Below are positions 44,002 through 55,480 of a stretch of 64,000 nucleotides of DNA, in pieces; the first letter of the stretch is position 1, and every line of letters starts with the position of its first letter. The stretch is from assembly GCA_046563655.1 (NCBI GenBank), contig CM102284.1, positions 3,224,001 to 3,288,000 of the forward strand, written 5' to 3'. The position numbers were made by a program, and so were the translations under genes. The stretch comes from Yuukianura sp. NJ FZ-2021 (lineage: Eukaryota). The notes beneath the pieces were generated by a model. It was not told the origin of the DNA. It did not search any database and worked only from the letters and a program-made list of their open reading frames with translations.

Positions 44002-45859
44002 ATGAAGTACGGTATTATCGATGTGGAATTGGAGCAAGAAGTGTCACAAACTGACAAATTAGCAGCAGTGGATAGTAAGTTTGAGCTTAAAAAAGATGCT
44101 TTTTTTTGGTTTTCGAATTTTGAAAATGGAATTTTGGTTAGGCGAGGGTGGAGCAAAGAGGAAAGCCAGCGTGTTGGAGGCTTTAAATGTCGACGTTTGG
44201 CTGTCGACTGAAGTCGTTCGTGACGACTATGTAATGCACTGGAACATCGAAGACATTCGTAATGCCGGAAGCCCCGACGTCATCAAATCACCACTTTTCA
44301 AAGCAGGGCGCCAACTCCAGCACATTTGGCAAGTGGAGGTCACTCCAGTTCAGGAAATCGAAGGTGACAAGTACCTCGGGGTTAGAGTGGAGCTGGTTGC
44401 CTTTGCTAACGAATCAGAGCATGACGCTGGGCGACAATTGAAAGTCTCCCTGGAGGTTCACGTTGTGGACAAAGACGAAAAAATCTGTTATGGACTCGAA
44501 GGGTTAGAGAAACATTTGAAATTTTAAGCTCAAACTCCCTTTTTCAAAAAATGTTTCTCAGTTTTTGAAATTTTGTTTAGCACTGACTATATTGGTAAGG
44601 GCGGCACCCTTGGATGGCCTCAGTTTCTCAAGGCCAATGACCTTGACTGCGTCCTTCAGAAGAACGGCGATCTTCGCCTCTTGGTTGGCATCACAATTGA
44701 AATGGACACGCACCTTCAAGGTAAAGGTGCAGAGGTCACCAAGGTCACGTCATGCCAACCTCCGCCATTAAAGAAACGCTGCACCAGTAAGGCGATTGAC
44801 CTCGAATCGTTCAAAACAACGGAAACTGCTGATAAGTCATCCGAGGAGCCAAGCTACGTCTGGAAACTGGGTGACGAGGCGCCAGATTTTGAAATTGTTA
44901 CGACAGAAGATGGCGTCGACAGTCGTATGAGAGTTCAGAAATCTGTTTTGGCGGCAAAGAACATTTTTTTCAAAAAACATTTCGAATCGGGTCCAGCAGA
45001 TGAACAGGAATCAAAGTACTTTGGAAATGTTTATCCAGAAGGAATGAAAATGGTTTTGGACTTTATTTACTACGGAGACCTCGATGAAGAATTAATTCAC
45101 CTAAATCCAACGTACATGTTTGAATATGGCACACTATTTGAAGTGCCTGAAATCAAAGACTTGGCTGAAGCTGTGTTGGTGGACAGCGTTTGCGCTGAAA
45201 ATGTATTTCGGCTTTATTGGAGCGCTGAAAACTTCCATGGAGCTAAGCTGCTGGCAAAAGTCATTGAGTTTTTCAAAAATCACTCGGATCAAGTGTCACC
45301 CCATGACAGAATACTGCTGGAAGATGAGTTGCACCTTGGGGATCCACCGATCACTGAAACACTGTCGTTTCGGCATTTCCAAGACCCGACAGACTACGAA
45401 ATTGTCTGTTCCAGTGTTAAATTCCTCGTTCACAAGTCCGTTTTAGCAGAAAAGAGCAACATTTTGAAACAAATTGTCAATTATGGAACTTTATCTGAGC
45501 AGAAGTCATTGTACATGTACTGTGCAGGTTCAGAAACAATCAAGACAGTTCTGCAGTTCATGTACACTGGAAAGGCCAGTGAAGATGACCTTGAGAAGTG
45601 CAAGAAAAACCCTGAGGAAGTCTTTCGACTTGCGGAGTACTGGGAGTTGCCGGAATTCAAAACTTTGTTTGAAGAATCCCTGTTGCACAACTACATCTGC
45701 GCAGAGAACGTGTTCAAGTGTTACTTTGTGCTTGGAGATATCGCTCCGAAACTGAGGGTTCAAGCATCCGAGTATGCACAGAACCATCCAGCACAATTCA
45801 CCACTGCTGTGCTAAAGTACTTTGATGACATTCACACGAGCAATTCCTCCAGGACCTGA
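44002..45859 (+). CDS. MATH-BTB-BTB protein (SPOP/TDPOZ-related Cullin-3 adaptor-like)
   Basis: Exons 44002-44074, 44142-44502, 44581-45859; MATH (MHWNIEDI..IKSPLF..WQVEVTP..YLGVRVEL..LGWPQFL..GDLRL) followed by two BTB domains, each with KSVLA.K, VL.F.Y.G and CAENVF. Confidence 0.85.
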
Positions 45860-46662
45860 AATTTTGAAAACTGATTTCTAAAAACATTTTTCATAACAAG
45901 AAAACAAGATTCTTACAAACTACTGTTAAGGTTTAGAAAACCTTGTTTTTCAAAGAAAAAAATAAGTAAAAATAAAAAAGTGGTAAAACATATTCATCTA
46001 TGTAGTTTATTTTATTCTAGCACAAAACTTAATATGCCTGCAAAACTTGTGCTTAAAACTTCTGTGAAACGCTTTTTAAAATCGCGTCATGTTGAAACTT
46101 ACTCAGATATTTCTCGGTTAGTGTATTATAAAATGTGGGAATCTTGAAAGTGAAAAAAAAATAAAAGATAAAAAAATATGAATTCACTAAATTAACGACC
46201 AAAGCAAATGTCAAAGAAATTGAAACAAATTCAAATCAATCAGTTTTCCGTTTTCGCTAATCGCCGTTCCTGCATCCTACCTTACCGTACCGTAACCTTC
46301 CGCTTCCAGACTCCAGAGTGACCTTCCTACATTTGCATTCTGGAATTCATTTCGATCAGCTGGAGAGGGGTTGAAGAAAATATCGGAACGGAAAAACGGA
46401 ATAGCATCAGAGAAAAACTATTTCTGAAAGATTTAATTATAACCGTAGGCAGCACAAGCAGGTAATCAATCCGCAAACTTAATTGCATTTCTCTTAACCT
46501 AATTAAACTTATGAGTTACAATCTTTATGTGAATATGAGCTACTGTCATCTGATCTGTATAATTGTAATAAATTGTGTCATTACAATTTTAACTGCCATT
46601 CTTTCTCTTTCTATCCTATAGGTCCAGTAACCCGGACCTTCCTGCTGTCCGATTTTGAATCC

Positions 46663-47600
46663 ATGGCAACCGCTTCACTACCATCGACAGACGATAAAAG
46701 TGGATCACCTGCTGGAGGCAGTCAAGGTTCTGCAGAAGATCAGGACAGCTTCGATCTCACCGGACATCATCCCACTCGAGATACGTTAGCCGAAGGGATC
46801 GTATCACTTCTATCTCCGACCCTGAAAACTCTGGACGAAGGGGTTCTCGCTACAAAGTATGATTGTTTTAAAACCAAGGGAGCTATTTAGATAAAATACT
46901 CTGAACTATTTCACTCATATTTAATACTATGCTAAGTCTGATTCTGAACTTTATTTTAGGAGAAGTCAAGAGGATTTAGCTGAACAGATTGCATTGTTAA
47001 CAGAGCAGTTACAGTCCATCGCAGCGGAACAATCTTGTCCAATCGACTTGAACGGGTATGCTTACTAAACGATAGAAATACTTGTCTAAAATTATCTTGC
47101 CGCGCTCTTATTGAATATGAGCTAAATCTAAACATTAAGGTATGTAACGAGGCTTGGAGACATCAAGGGAAAGATCAACGTAATTTCTTCCGTGCTGCAT
47201 AGTGCACAGGTAAGACACCTTTTTAGACTGTAACATCAAAGTTGACGTGAATCATTTACGCCAAAGTGTATTACTCATTCACTGTGTGAATGAATAGCAA
47301 TTTCGGTTTGTTTCAGAATCCTCATCTTAAAACTTATTTTTATTTTAGGATCGGCTTAACAGAGTGCACGAACAAGCATTGAGAGAAGCAGCGCGTCGAA
47401 AGCCTTTGCTGGAACCTGCGCCATCTACTACATCTGGCCTTTCTTCCAACGCTAAGAAGCCCTTTGTATCCTCTGACGAAGACTCGGATACAGAACAACC
47501 TTGCAAGAAAGGTGGAGGAGGTGAAGTCGCTGCTGAAGCGGAAAGGACAATTCCATCTCCCTTAACTGATCCCTTGACCGACTCATCTCCTTCTTCTTAA
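46663..47600 (+). CDS. SNAPIN: SNAPIN (BLOC-1/BORC subunit), 203 aa
   Basis: Exons 46663-46856, 46960-47055, 47140-47209, 47349-47600; PTRDTLAEGIVSLLSPTLKTLDEGVLATK|RSQ...CPIDLNG|YVTRL...SAQ|DRLNRVH matches Snapin. Confidence 0.9.
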
Positions 47601-47676
47601 ACCTTAACCACCGGAACACAATAACTAATTACGCTTACGAACTCTTATTATTCCACCGAGTCCATTCCCGGAAACG

Positions 47677-48466
47677 ATGACTGAAACCGAAGAGCCCTTC
47701 ACAATCCGAACCCCAATCATACCAATGAACACTCCTTGGAACGCACAAGTATACGAACCAGCTGAAGATTCATTCCTCCTGCTAGACGCCCTACAAATGG
47801 ACATTGGCCGCCGACTGAGTGAATTGGACCAATTCGCGCCGGTACTTTGCCTTGAGATTGGTCCGGGTATGTTTCTACTATTATCACAAGGAGCTCATAC
47901 ATGTTACAACAGTTGTGACTAATAAATGTCATTGGTTTTCAGGTTCTGGAGTAATTTCGGCTGGACTTATGTCGACTAAATACTTCGGAGAACACATCCC
48001 CCTTATTTTCACACTGGATATTAACCCAAATGCCTGTCTTCTCACTCAGAAGACTTCGGAGACAAATAACTGCCAAGGAAGGGTGGAATGCATCCGTGGC
48101 AATGGACTCGAGGCCTATTTGACATTCCGAAATCGTTTTGACTTCATCATTTGGAACCCACCCTATGTGCCCACCCCACCGTCGGAACTCGAATCGTCAG
48201 AAGAGAATGCTTGGCTACGAGAGTCCTGGGACGGTGGCCAAGATGGGAACAAACTGATTCTCCCTTTTATGAACATGATTCCAAAGCTACTGCATGCAAC
48301 AGGATGTGTGTATATGGTCCTCAGTAGCTGGAACCAGCCGGAAGAGCTTATGGAGTCTGTGCTGCCTCCGCTTGGGCTGCAAGGGCATCCAGTCCTTAGA
48401 AGAGCCGCAGGCCGTGAACGACTCAGTGTCTGGCGAATTGAATATGTGAAAGAACAGAAACCTTAA
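47677..48466 (+). CDS. N6AMT1: HemK2/N6AMT1 glutamine methyltransferase (eRF1)
   Basis: VYEPAEDSFLLLDAL, SAM motif CLEIGP|GSG, DINP, WNPPYVPT, SWDGG.DG, GRERLSV; exons 47677-47866 and 47943-48466. Confidence 0.95.
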
Positions 48467-49003
48467 ACTGTGGCTTTTGTATTTAGAACCGACTGTTTAA
48501 CTGTTTGTGAGATTATCCACTTGTGTACGCTTTGTTCCATAGATCTAGCCTTGTAGTAGGTACTACAGTGAAAGTGTTCACGTTTAGCACTCAATGTAAG
48601 ACACAAAATCATAGCTGCTAACTAGTACTGCTAGCACTAGTTGCCTCTAGGTTACTACTGGTTCCAGAACTTTAAGAACAGTGTTGCCTAACTGTGCTGA
48701 CCGATTTTCCTTGTGATTCGTGCCTCTTGTGTAATTTGTTAACCAATTTGTGGCAATGACTTTAAGATAATTGTCGCTAAATGTCGCTTCAACAAGTGTC
48801 GGAATTGTCACAGTAGTAGACGCGGTATCATCTAATGTGATACAATTCAGAAGTTAGTATTGTGTACGTATCAATGTACCCATAAGTAAAAAGACAGTAA
48901 TTTGGTCAATGTTGTTAATTTACACATTTATTTCATTATAATGCTGCAGATTAATTTGACTGGCACTCCGTAGAATGTGTGTAACTTATCCAAAAAGCAT
49001 TCA

Positions 49004-49176
49004 ATTCAGGCAGGGGTATTTTGAATTTTGAGGAAATCCGGAAAACATGCTTTTTGTTTGTTTTTTTTAATCACTGAATAACTAATTGGATTGAAAAGAT
49101 GCTGGAGAAATCGTAACGTTACTTTTAATTGACCGTTTCTAAAGCAAGACTATAAATGCCGGGCGTCGTCATCTAC
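49004..49176. repeat. Dispersed direct repeat copy A (paralogous to the CCDC47 stop/3' UTR at 50043-50188)
   Basis: Colinear blocks CAGGGGTATTT, GGAAATCCGGAAA.CATGCTTTTTG, ACTGAATAACTA, ATTGAAAAGATGCT, AATCGTAACGTTA, CCGTTTCTAA, CGTCATCTAC are shared. Confidence 0.92.
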
Positions 49177-49200
49177 TAAAATGGATGTTGAATTAGTTGA

Positions 49201-49659
49201 CTATGCAAACATTCCGACTGCGGCCAGTAGAATAGGGACAATTTTACTGCATGTCTGTTTTGCAGGTGTATCGTCCTTCACGGATTCTGGATTTCCTATT
49301 TCAACCGTAGGCTCCTCGTTCACAATTTTCTCGATTTCAGCATCCGTGCACTTGGTTAGCGTGGAGACTCTCCCATCAGTCTTCACGTCACAGCATTTGT
49401 CTTTAATCTTCTTCGCAATAGCAAGGTAGCTGAGCCCTACTTCTTTCGGAAAAGGGCTTGGCTGGCCCTTTTCATTCACGCCAGTCTCAAACATTTTCTT
49501 CATGTCAGCAGTGAAGTTTGGAATGTAATTTTGGCAATCAACGGTAGCAACGTCTTGCACGTACTTCAGTTTGTTCAATCCATCCTTAGGTTGAGCTGAT
49601 TGCCCATTGCAAAAACTGACGACACTGGAGAAAAGAGCGGCACGCAGAAGCCAGCTCAT
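49201..49659 (-). CDS. Secreted protein of unknown function with an intronless CDS, 152 aa
   Basis: MSWLLRAALFSSVVSFCNG signal-like N-terminus, five Cys in the mature part, hydrophobic C-terminus; AATAAA on the minus strand at 48927-48932; no family recognised. Confidence 0.65.
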   Translation of the reverse strand: MSWLLRAALFSSVVSFCNGQSAQPKDGLNKLKYVQDVATVDCQNYIPNFTADMKKMFETGVNEKGQPSPFPKEVGLSYLAIAKKIKDKCCDVKTDGRVSTLTKCTDAEIEKIVNEEPTVEIGNPESVKDDTPAKQTCSKIVPILLAAVGMFA

Positions 49660-50042
49660 TTTTAGGATTGAACCACGTGACGTCCAAATTCTCCAGAGTA
49701 GGGCATGACCCTTAGTTTCAATTCTTCCGATCAGCAAATCGCAACCTTCAATGTTTGCACCTAAGAAAGTAAAACTGTGACAAAAACGAGTTGAAGAATG
49801 GTTGTTATTGTGCTGTAAAGTTCAATTACCAATGCAGTTGCTAAACAGCCCGCGAAGATTCCGAAAACAATCAAAGTTTAATGGAAGTTTGAAAAGGTTG
49901 AAGTCCAGAATTTGGAGCAAAGATAAATTGGCGTCAAACAACAGAAAGTTAGAGTTCCCGGGCATCCCGCGATATTGTTTTAATAAGTGTGGGTGATTTA
50001 AACGAGGTAACACGTTTTCATGGAAACCAGGTCGTTGGTTAT

Positions 50043-50188
50043 ATTCAGCAGGGGTATTTGGAATTTTCCGGAAATCCGGAAAGCATGCTTTTTGAATTAC
50101 TGAATAACTAGTTGTATTGAAAAGATGCTAGAGGAATCGTAACGTTATTTTTAGTTGGCCGTTTCTAAGCATTGTCGGCGTCATCTAC
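50043..50188. repeat. Dispersed direct repeat copy B (CCDC47 stop codon and proximal 3' UTR)
   Basis: Aligns by eye with 49004-49176. Confidence 0.92.
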
Positions 50189-52332
50189 ATTGCTTTGACC
50201 TTCATTTGTTTCATCTTTGGCTGCTTTCGTTTCTTCTCTCGTTTTTGCTCCTTCTCTTCCCACCGTCTTTGTTTTTCGGGATCGTCTTCCTGCAACGCAC
50301 AGAAAAACGTAAATATTGCGGCAGTATTTAGTTGTAAACTGAAGGAATGAGAAAGAGCTAGTTCTGACCTGAAGAATTCGCTCCTTGATTGCACGTCGTT
50401 GCTCTTCCTTCTTCGCAGCAAGAGCTTCCGCTCGGGCAGCGTGTGTTTGTTTCATAAATGCCTCTTCAACCTTTGCCCTGTTCTTCTCAGCTTTAGCTTT
50501 GCCCTAGTGAAATGAATTTAATTAATTGAGATTTAAACACTTAAAATTAGTTACGTCGTGACTTAGGATATGCTGCTCACCTCCTTTGACAAATGTATCT
50601 TTCGAATCCGGTCGATCGTGTGGAAGACGAAGGGAAGTAAATTCTGAGTATCTTCGATAGCCTGTTCGACGTTGTTACCAGTCAGTGACAATGGCAAGAC
50701 AAATGTAAAGATAAGAAGACGCCTTGGCTCGGGTGCTTTAACTAATCCGTCTTTAGTTAATTCACTAAAATAGAAAATACGAAGTTGTTGGGCAATGTAC
50801 AATGCAATAAGTTATGTTTATAGACTCACGGTTCTGCAGCTTTAGTGCCGGTAAACTGATCGGTGAAATGAATGGACTCTATGAAAGGGGCGCACTTATT
50901 TATCACAGAAATGGTCTTGGAGTCCAGTGCAGCAGAAATTACTTCCGTCAGTTCCGACAGGACGACGAACTGGCTCGGGAGACCGAACTTGTCGCCTGGC
51001 TTCTTGTCTGGGCAGTACTGGATCAAGTCGTTGTATTCTTTAGAGATCTTCACGGCAGACTTCTTAGTGGCCACTGCAAAAACGACTGATTCCATGTCTT
51101 CCTTTGCCAACTCAACTGTACACCGAAATATGTCCTTTGACGGTCGGAACATGTTGGAGATGAGGGCCACGATGTCTTGTCTCTGTTAGCAAAAAAATCG
51201 GTGCGATTAGTTTTTTTTTTTTTTTTTGTGAAAGTTTATGTCAATTTATGACTTACTTTGAGCAGCTTGAGCTCAACCAACATTCCCTCGCAACAGATTC
51301 TACCAGAACACCACATCTGAAACAACGAGTCCGACATTTTGTTGTACTGTCGCTTCCCGATTTCATCTTCTACTTTGGTACTGTTGTCTCCAAGAAAGTG
51401 AAAATTTTCTTCTAGCAATGGCCAGTGCATGTCAAAGAATGTTTGGGCTATCTTTTGATTCCTATGATGAAATAATAACTTTCATCAGTAATTATCACTT
51501 CGAAGAATAGAATTTGAACGTATTAAATCACTTGAGTAATTACTTGTAGCGACCCATGACATAGTTAAGAAGGTAAACGGTAACTATTTGAAAAACCACA
51601 ATAAAGATTAAGTTCGTGGTACACTGACACCAGCATCAACTTCGACATTTATCCCACGATAACTTACTTCCCATAAGCATGAGCAGTTCTGCCCAGTAAC
51701 CTTGCCATCCTCTCATTGGCATCGGAACAGAACTGATCGTCAGCTTTGGAGGACCGGGTTCTCGTTTCCTTGCACTGGCACCTTGATCCGATGGTTCGTC
51801 TTCAAAGTCGTCATCGTCTATCCCGTCAAAATCGTCTTCCTAACAACAATTTCGAAATTGAAAGGGTGCGAAAAAAAGTTAAGGGTTAAGTACCACAATA
51901 GTTATTCTACTTACTTCAACAACTACTTCGTCGTCATCATCGACGATGACTGGTTTTGGAGTTTTGGCCTCATGCACATCTTTACCAACTACTTCCTCTT
52001 TTACTTTTTGGGGTTCCTCTTTCACACTTGCTTTTTCTAAAAGACAGTACAAAGACAGTGAAAACAATCCAACGTCCTGTCATGGTCGGTATTCAGTTGC
52101 CCGATTCAATAATTTATGTGTTTAAACTGTGAATACCTCGTTCCTGGCGTTTCTTCCTAAAGGCTAAATCTTCGTCAATGTCATCATCAAATTCTGCGAA
52201 GTCATCGTCTTCAAAATCTTTAGCACCCCCTGCAGCTTCAATTCTCGTGATGATAACAGTCCCCACAAAAATGACAGCAAGAATTCCGAACAGGATGGTC
52301 ACATTGGTTCCAAACCGGAATTGAGACCTCAT
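50185..52332 (-). CDS. CCDC47: PAT complex subunit CCDC47 (calumin)
   Basis: Signal peptide, DDDFAEFD acidic lumenal part, TM helix, WCSGRICCEGMLVELKLLK, SIHFTDQFTG, KAEKNRAKVEEAF, C-terminal PKMKQMKVKAM*; about 9 exons. Confidence 0.95.
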
Positions 52333-52650
52333 TGTGTTTCTTTCGAGAATTCCTCCACTTGAATCACCTTGATAGCTTACTGCATCGATCAATCTAAGTT
52401 TCAGAGTGATCAAAAATCAAATCAGTAAACCAAGATTATAATTAATAAGATGCAGAATTAGATGTTTGAAATCGGTGATAACTGTACCGTGTTAAGCCGG
52501 TGAAAGTTTCAAATTGAAACGTCGAAATGGATGCAGTGAAAGCGAATGCGAAGCTACTAACGAAACCAAGTGTGTTAAGTAAACGTGTTCCAGGCAGGTA
52601 GGCAGGTTTCGTGATTGATTACTTATTTAGGAATAGTTACACATTATGTC

Positions 52651-52792
52651 CGTGAATTTGGACCGCGGTATAATCGCGGTATGGAAAATGGGACTAATCC
52701 TCAGAATTGTGATGCTTACCAAACCTAACCTAGGTTACTGAGGAATAGTCGGTCCAACCTATACCGCGGTTAAACCGTAGTCTAAATTCACG
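52651..52792. repeat. Imperfect inverted repeat (possible MITE remnant) in the divergent promoter region
   Basis: CGTGAATTTGGAC/ACCGCGGTATA pairs with TATACCGCGGT...GTCTAAATTCACG; the spacer contains AAACCTAACCTAGG. Confidence 0.4.
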
Positions 52793-53599
52793 CAGGTTTA
52801 CACATTTAGTCAACCCACAACGGGTTACGGGTTCCTTCAGGCGGAAGTATGGTTGTTGTAACCATGATATTATCGTAGTAGCCAGCGCCAACGCAAAGTT
52901 ACGGTAAATTGTAGCACTCATGCGCGAACAAAATACAAAATAATGCTTGACGCATTTTATCATCGTATGGATGCCAATTGTCATCAGTGTCGCGTAACTT
53001 TAATCTGACAAACCTGCGGTGTTTAGAAATGAGTAACAACGTTTGCATTTCTGTTGTACGTCAACGCTTAAATGACAAGTAACGCAGAAGTGCAACCGTT
53101 GGAACCATTCGTCTTGCCACTACCGCCGCAATATTTGTGTTCCCTCCGTAGTTAAAATAAAATTGAAAAATTTAAATATTTAAAATAAAAAATGGTTAGC
53201 TTTTCTTTTCAGTTTTTTCCATTGTTACATACCCACCTAATTGCAGCTAACACTTATGCTGTAATAACCCGTTCTGTACACTGTGGTTACAATGTATGCA
53301 AATCCAGTTTAACTAACCCCAAAATTCACTGTGTCTCAGATTTGTTTTATTTTGTGTAGAAGAGTGGACGAGTCGACGAGTGGAGGAGGTGGAGGAGACG
53401 GACGTTTTTTACAGTGGACACGGACAGTGGAGGAACCATCAGCCAGCAGCGGTACTACTCAACAACAGTTAAAATATTTAAAAACAGTTAAAAAGCCTTG
53501 TTCTTTCGTACCATTATCATCACTTGCTTATAAGAAGAGTACGACTTCACGTTCAGTCTTCCCAGTTCCCATCCCGTCCCGAGATAGGTCCTGGAAGAC

Positions 53600-54612
53600 A
53601 TGGAGAATGGGCGGCAGTTGATGCGATCCAGTCGTCGAGTTGATCAAGAACTCCCGAAAACGAAAAGGCATATTCACGTTGTTCGGAGTGTGAATAAAAC
53701 ACCATCTTTTACCGAAACGTTCAATGGTGAGTAAACATTTTGATTCAGCACTTCGGTGCTAGCCTATATTTCAGACACATCAGAGTCATTTTTAGTTGTG
53801 ATTGGGTGTAATGAAAAGGGAAAGAGAATGGTTTGTAAATGGTAAACTTTTATACCTGTATTGTTTGACACAGGTCGCCTTGCCTGGAAGGGTAAACATT
53901 GTGAATATCCAATGACATCAACACCTATCCGGGCAGAAAAGTCTGGCTTAGAGCATAACTCAAACCGCTGTCTACTTGCCAACAATCGGGAATCGAATTT
54001 GACAATTCTGTCACCTATACGGAATCTCGAAACGGAAAACACCCGAAAACTTCGTTCAGAGCAACGGCCCACTTCGACTTCAGTGTCACACACAAAGCCA
54101 CTTGTAAACCATACGAGACAAACCAAGCAAATACTACGTATCATGCCTGAAAATGTTTCAAAAGAAAATGAGGATGTCATAGTTGTGACGGAGGCAGAAC
54201 CAATTCGGGATTTCAAAGCGTTGGTAGACAAATATGGCGATGTCGAAGACAAAGGAGACAACGGGGAACAGTCGGATCTTCGCATTCACCTTGAACCTGT
54301 ACACGTCAAAACATATAAAGCCGTTAAGCCACCCGCACCAGAGAGAAACGCTGTAAGTTTCCCTTGTATTATCAGTATCACACTAATTCCAATGAACTGT
54401 ATTTGTATTTTATTAGTCATATGTTGGTAATTGTCTAGGACATTGAAACCGATCGACTTCACAATCCACTCACTGGAGAGAAGCGAAAAGCTCGTCAAAA
54501 TGGAACAACATTAAGCAAATCCAGATTGGAGAGGAGCAAACGTAATGTGGCCAGGGGATGTGACGTAGGAACTATACAAAAATGCCTGAAATTAAAATCA
54601 GTTAAAACTTAG
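53600..54612 (+). CDS. Hypothetical basic, probably disordered protein, 259 aa
   Basis: Exons 53600-53726, 53874-54352 and 54439-54612 join in frame through strong GTGAGT/GTAAGT donors; no family recognised. Confidence 0.6.
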
Positions 54613-55480
54613 GTAAGCTACTGTCGAATTAATACTTTCAATGTACCAACAAGTTAATCGACTAATCCTCTGCTAGTATTTATTAACCCGTAGTCACCCT
54701 TTATTCATTTGAAACAGTTGCCAAAGTTGGATGCCCATGCAATTGATTGGATGCGAGAAAAACCATTATGGAGTTGGAAGAAGTTTCAAAACATGATCTT
54801 ATTGTGGAGTAAGCATTGAATTGAAATCCACAGTGCCTTGTACACGTCTCTTCATCTGTCGCTTTCATTCTTGATTTAAGAGTCTCCAGCAAAAATATTG
54901 CGAAGTTTCTAAATCAAGCGGACTAGTCATACGTAACTAGTATTCAATGCCTAACCTCGAACTGTGTAACTGACTTACTATTTTTTGTAATATTGACATC
55001 AAAAATTTTCACCGAAAGTGCATTGAAATTCAAATAAATGCCTACATTTTTTGGACTCTCTCACTTCCAGACAGTTTCATAGAGACTGCATTTTTGAGAA
55101 CGGTAACACCACCGTTTTCTTCCATTTCGTACGTGAAACCGCACTACTAGTCGGAAGTAGACCTTGGCATTGTTGTTTCAGGTGCTAAGTTAGTATCGTA
55201 AGTTGTAGTCTAGTAACTTACTCGGTGTACATTTCCGATTTCTGTGAAACAACAAACAAGTTGCTACACCAACCATTCATAACCTCCAACAACCTGTTCA
55301 TTTGTTAATTTGTACATAAGCTAAAGAACTTGAAAAGATTCAGGGATGCAATGAGTTAACTTTCACTTCAGAGTTCCAAAAAGTCTCCCGCTTCCGTTGC
55401 GTTGTTGGTTCAAAATTTCACCCTCAAAATTTTCTGACCAGAGAAATAAAGAAGCCCGGCAAATCTTTTTACTATAAGCA

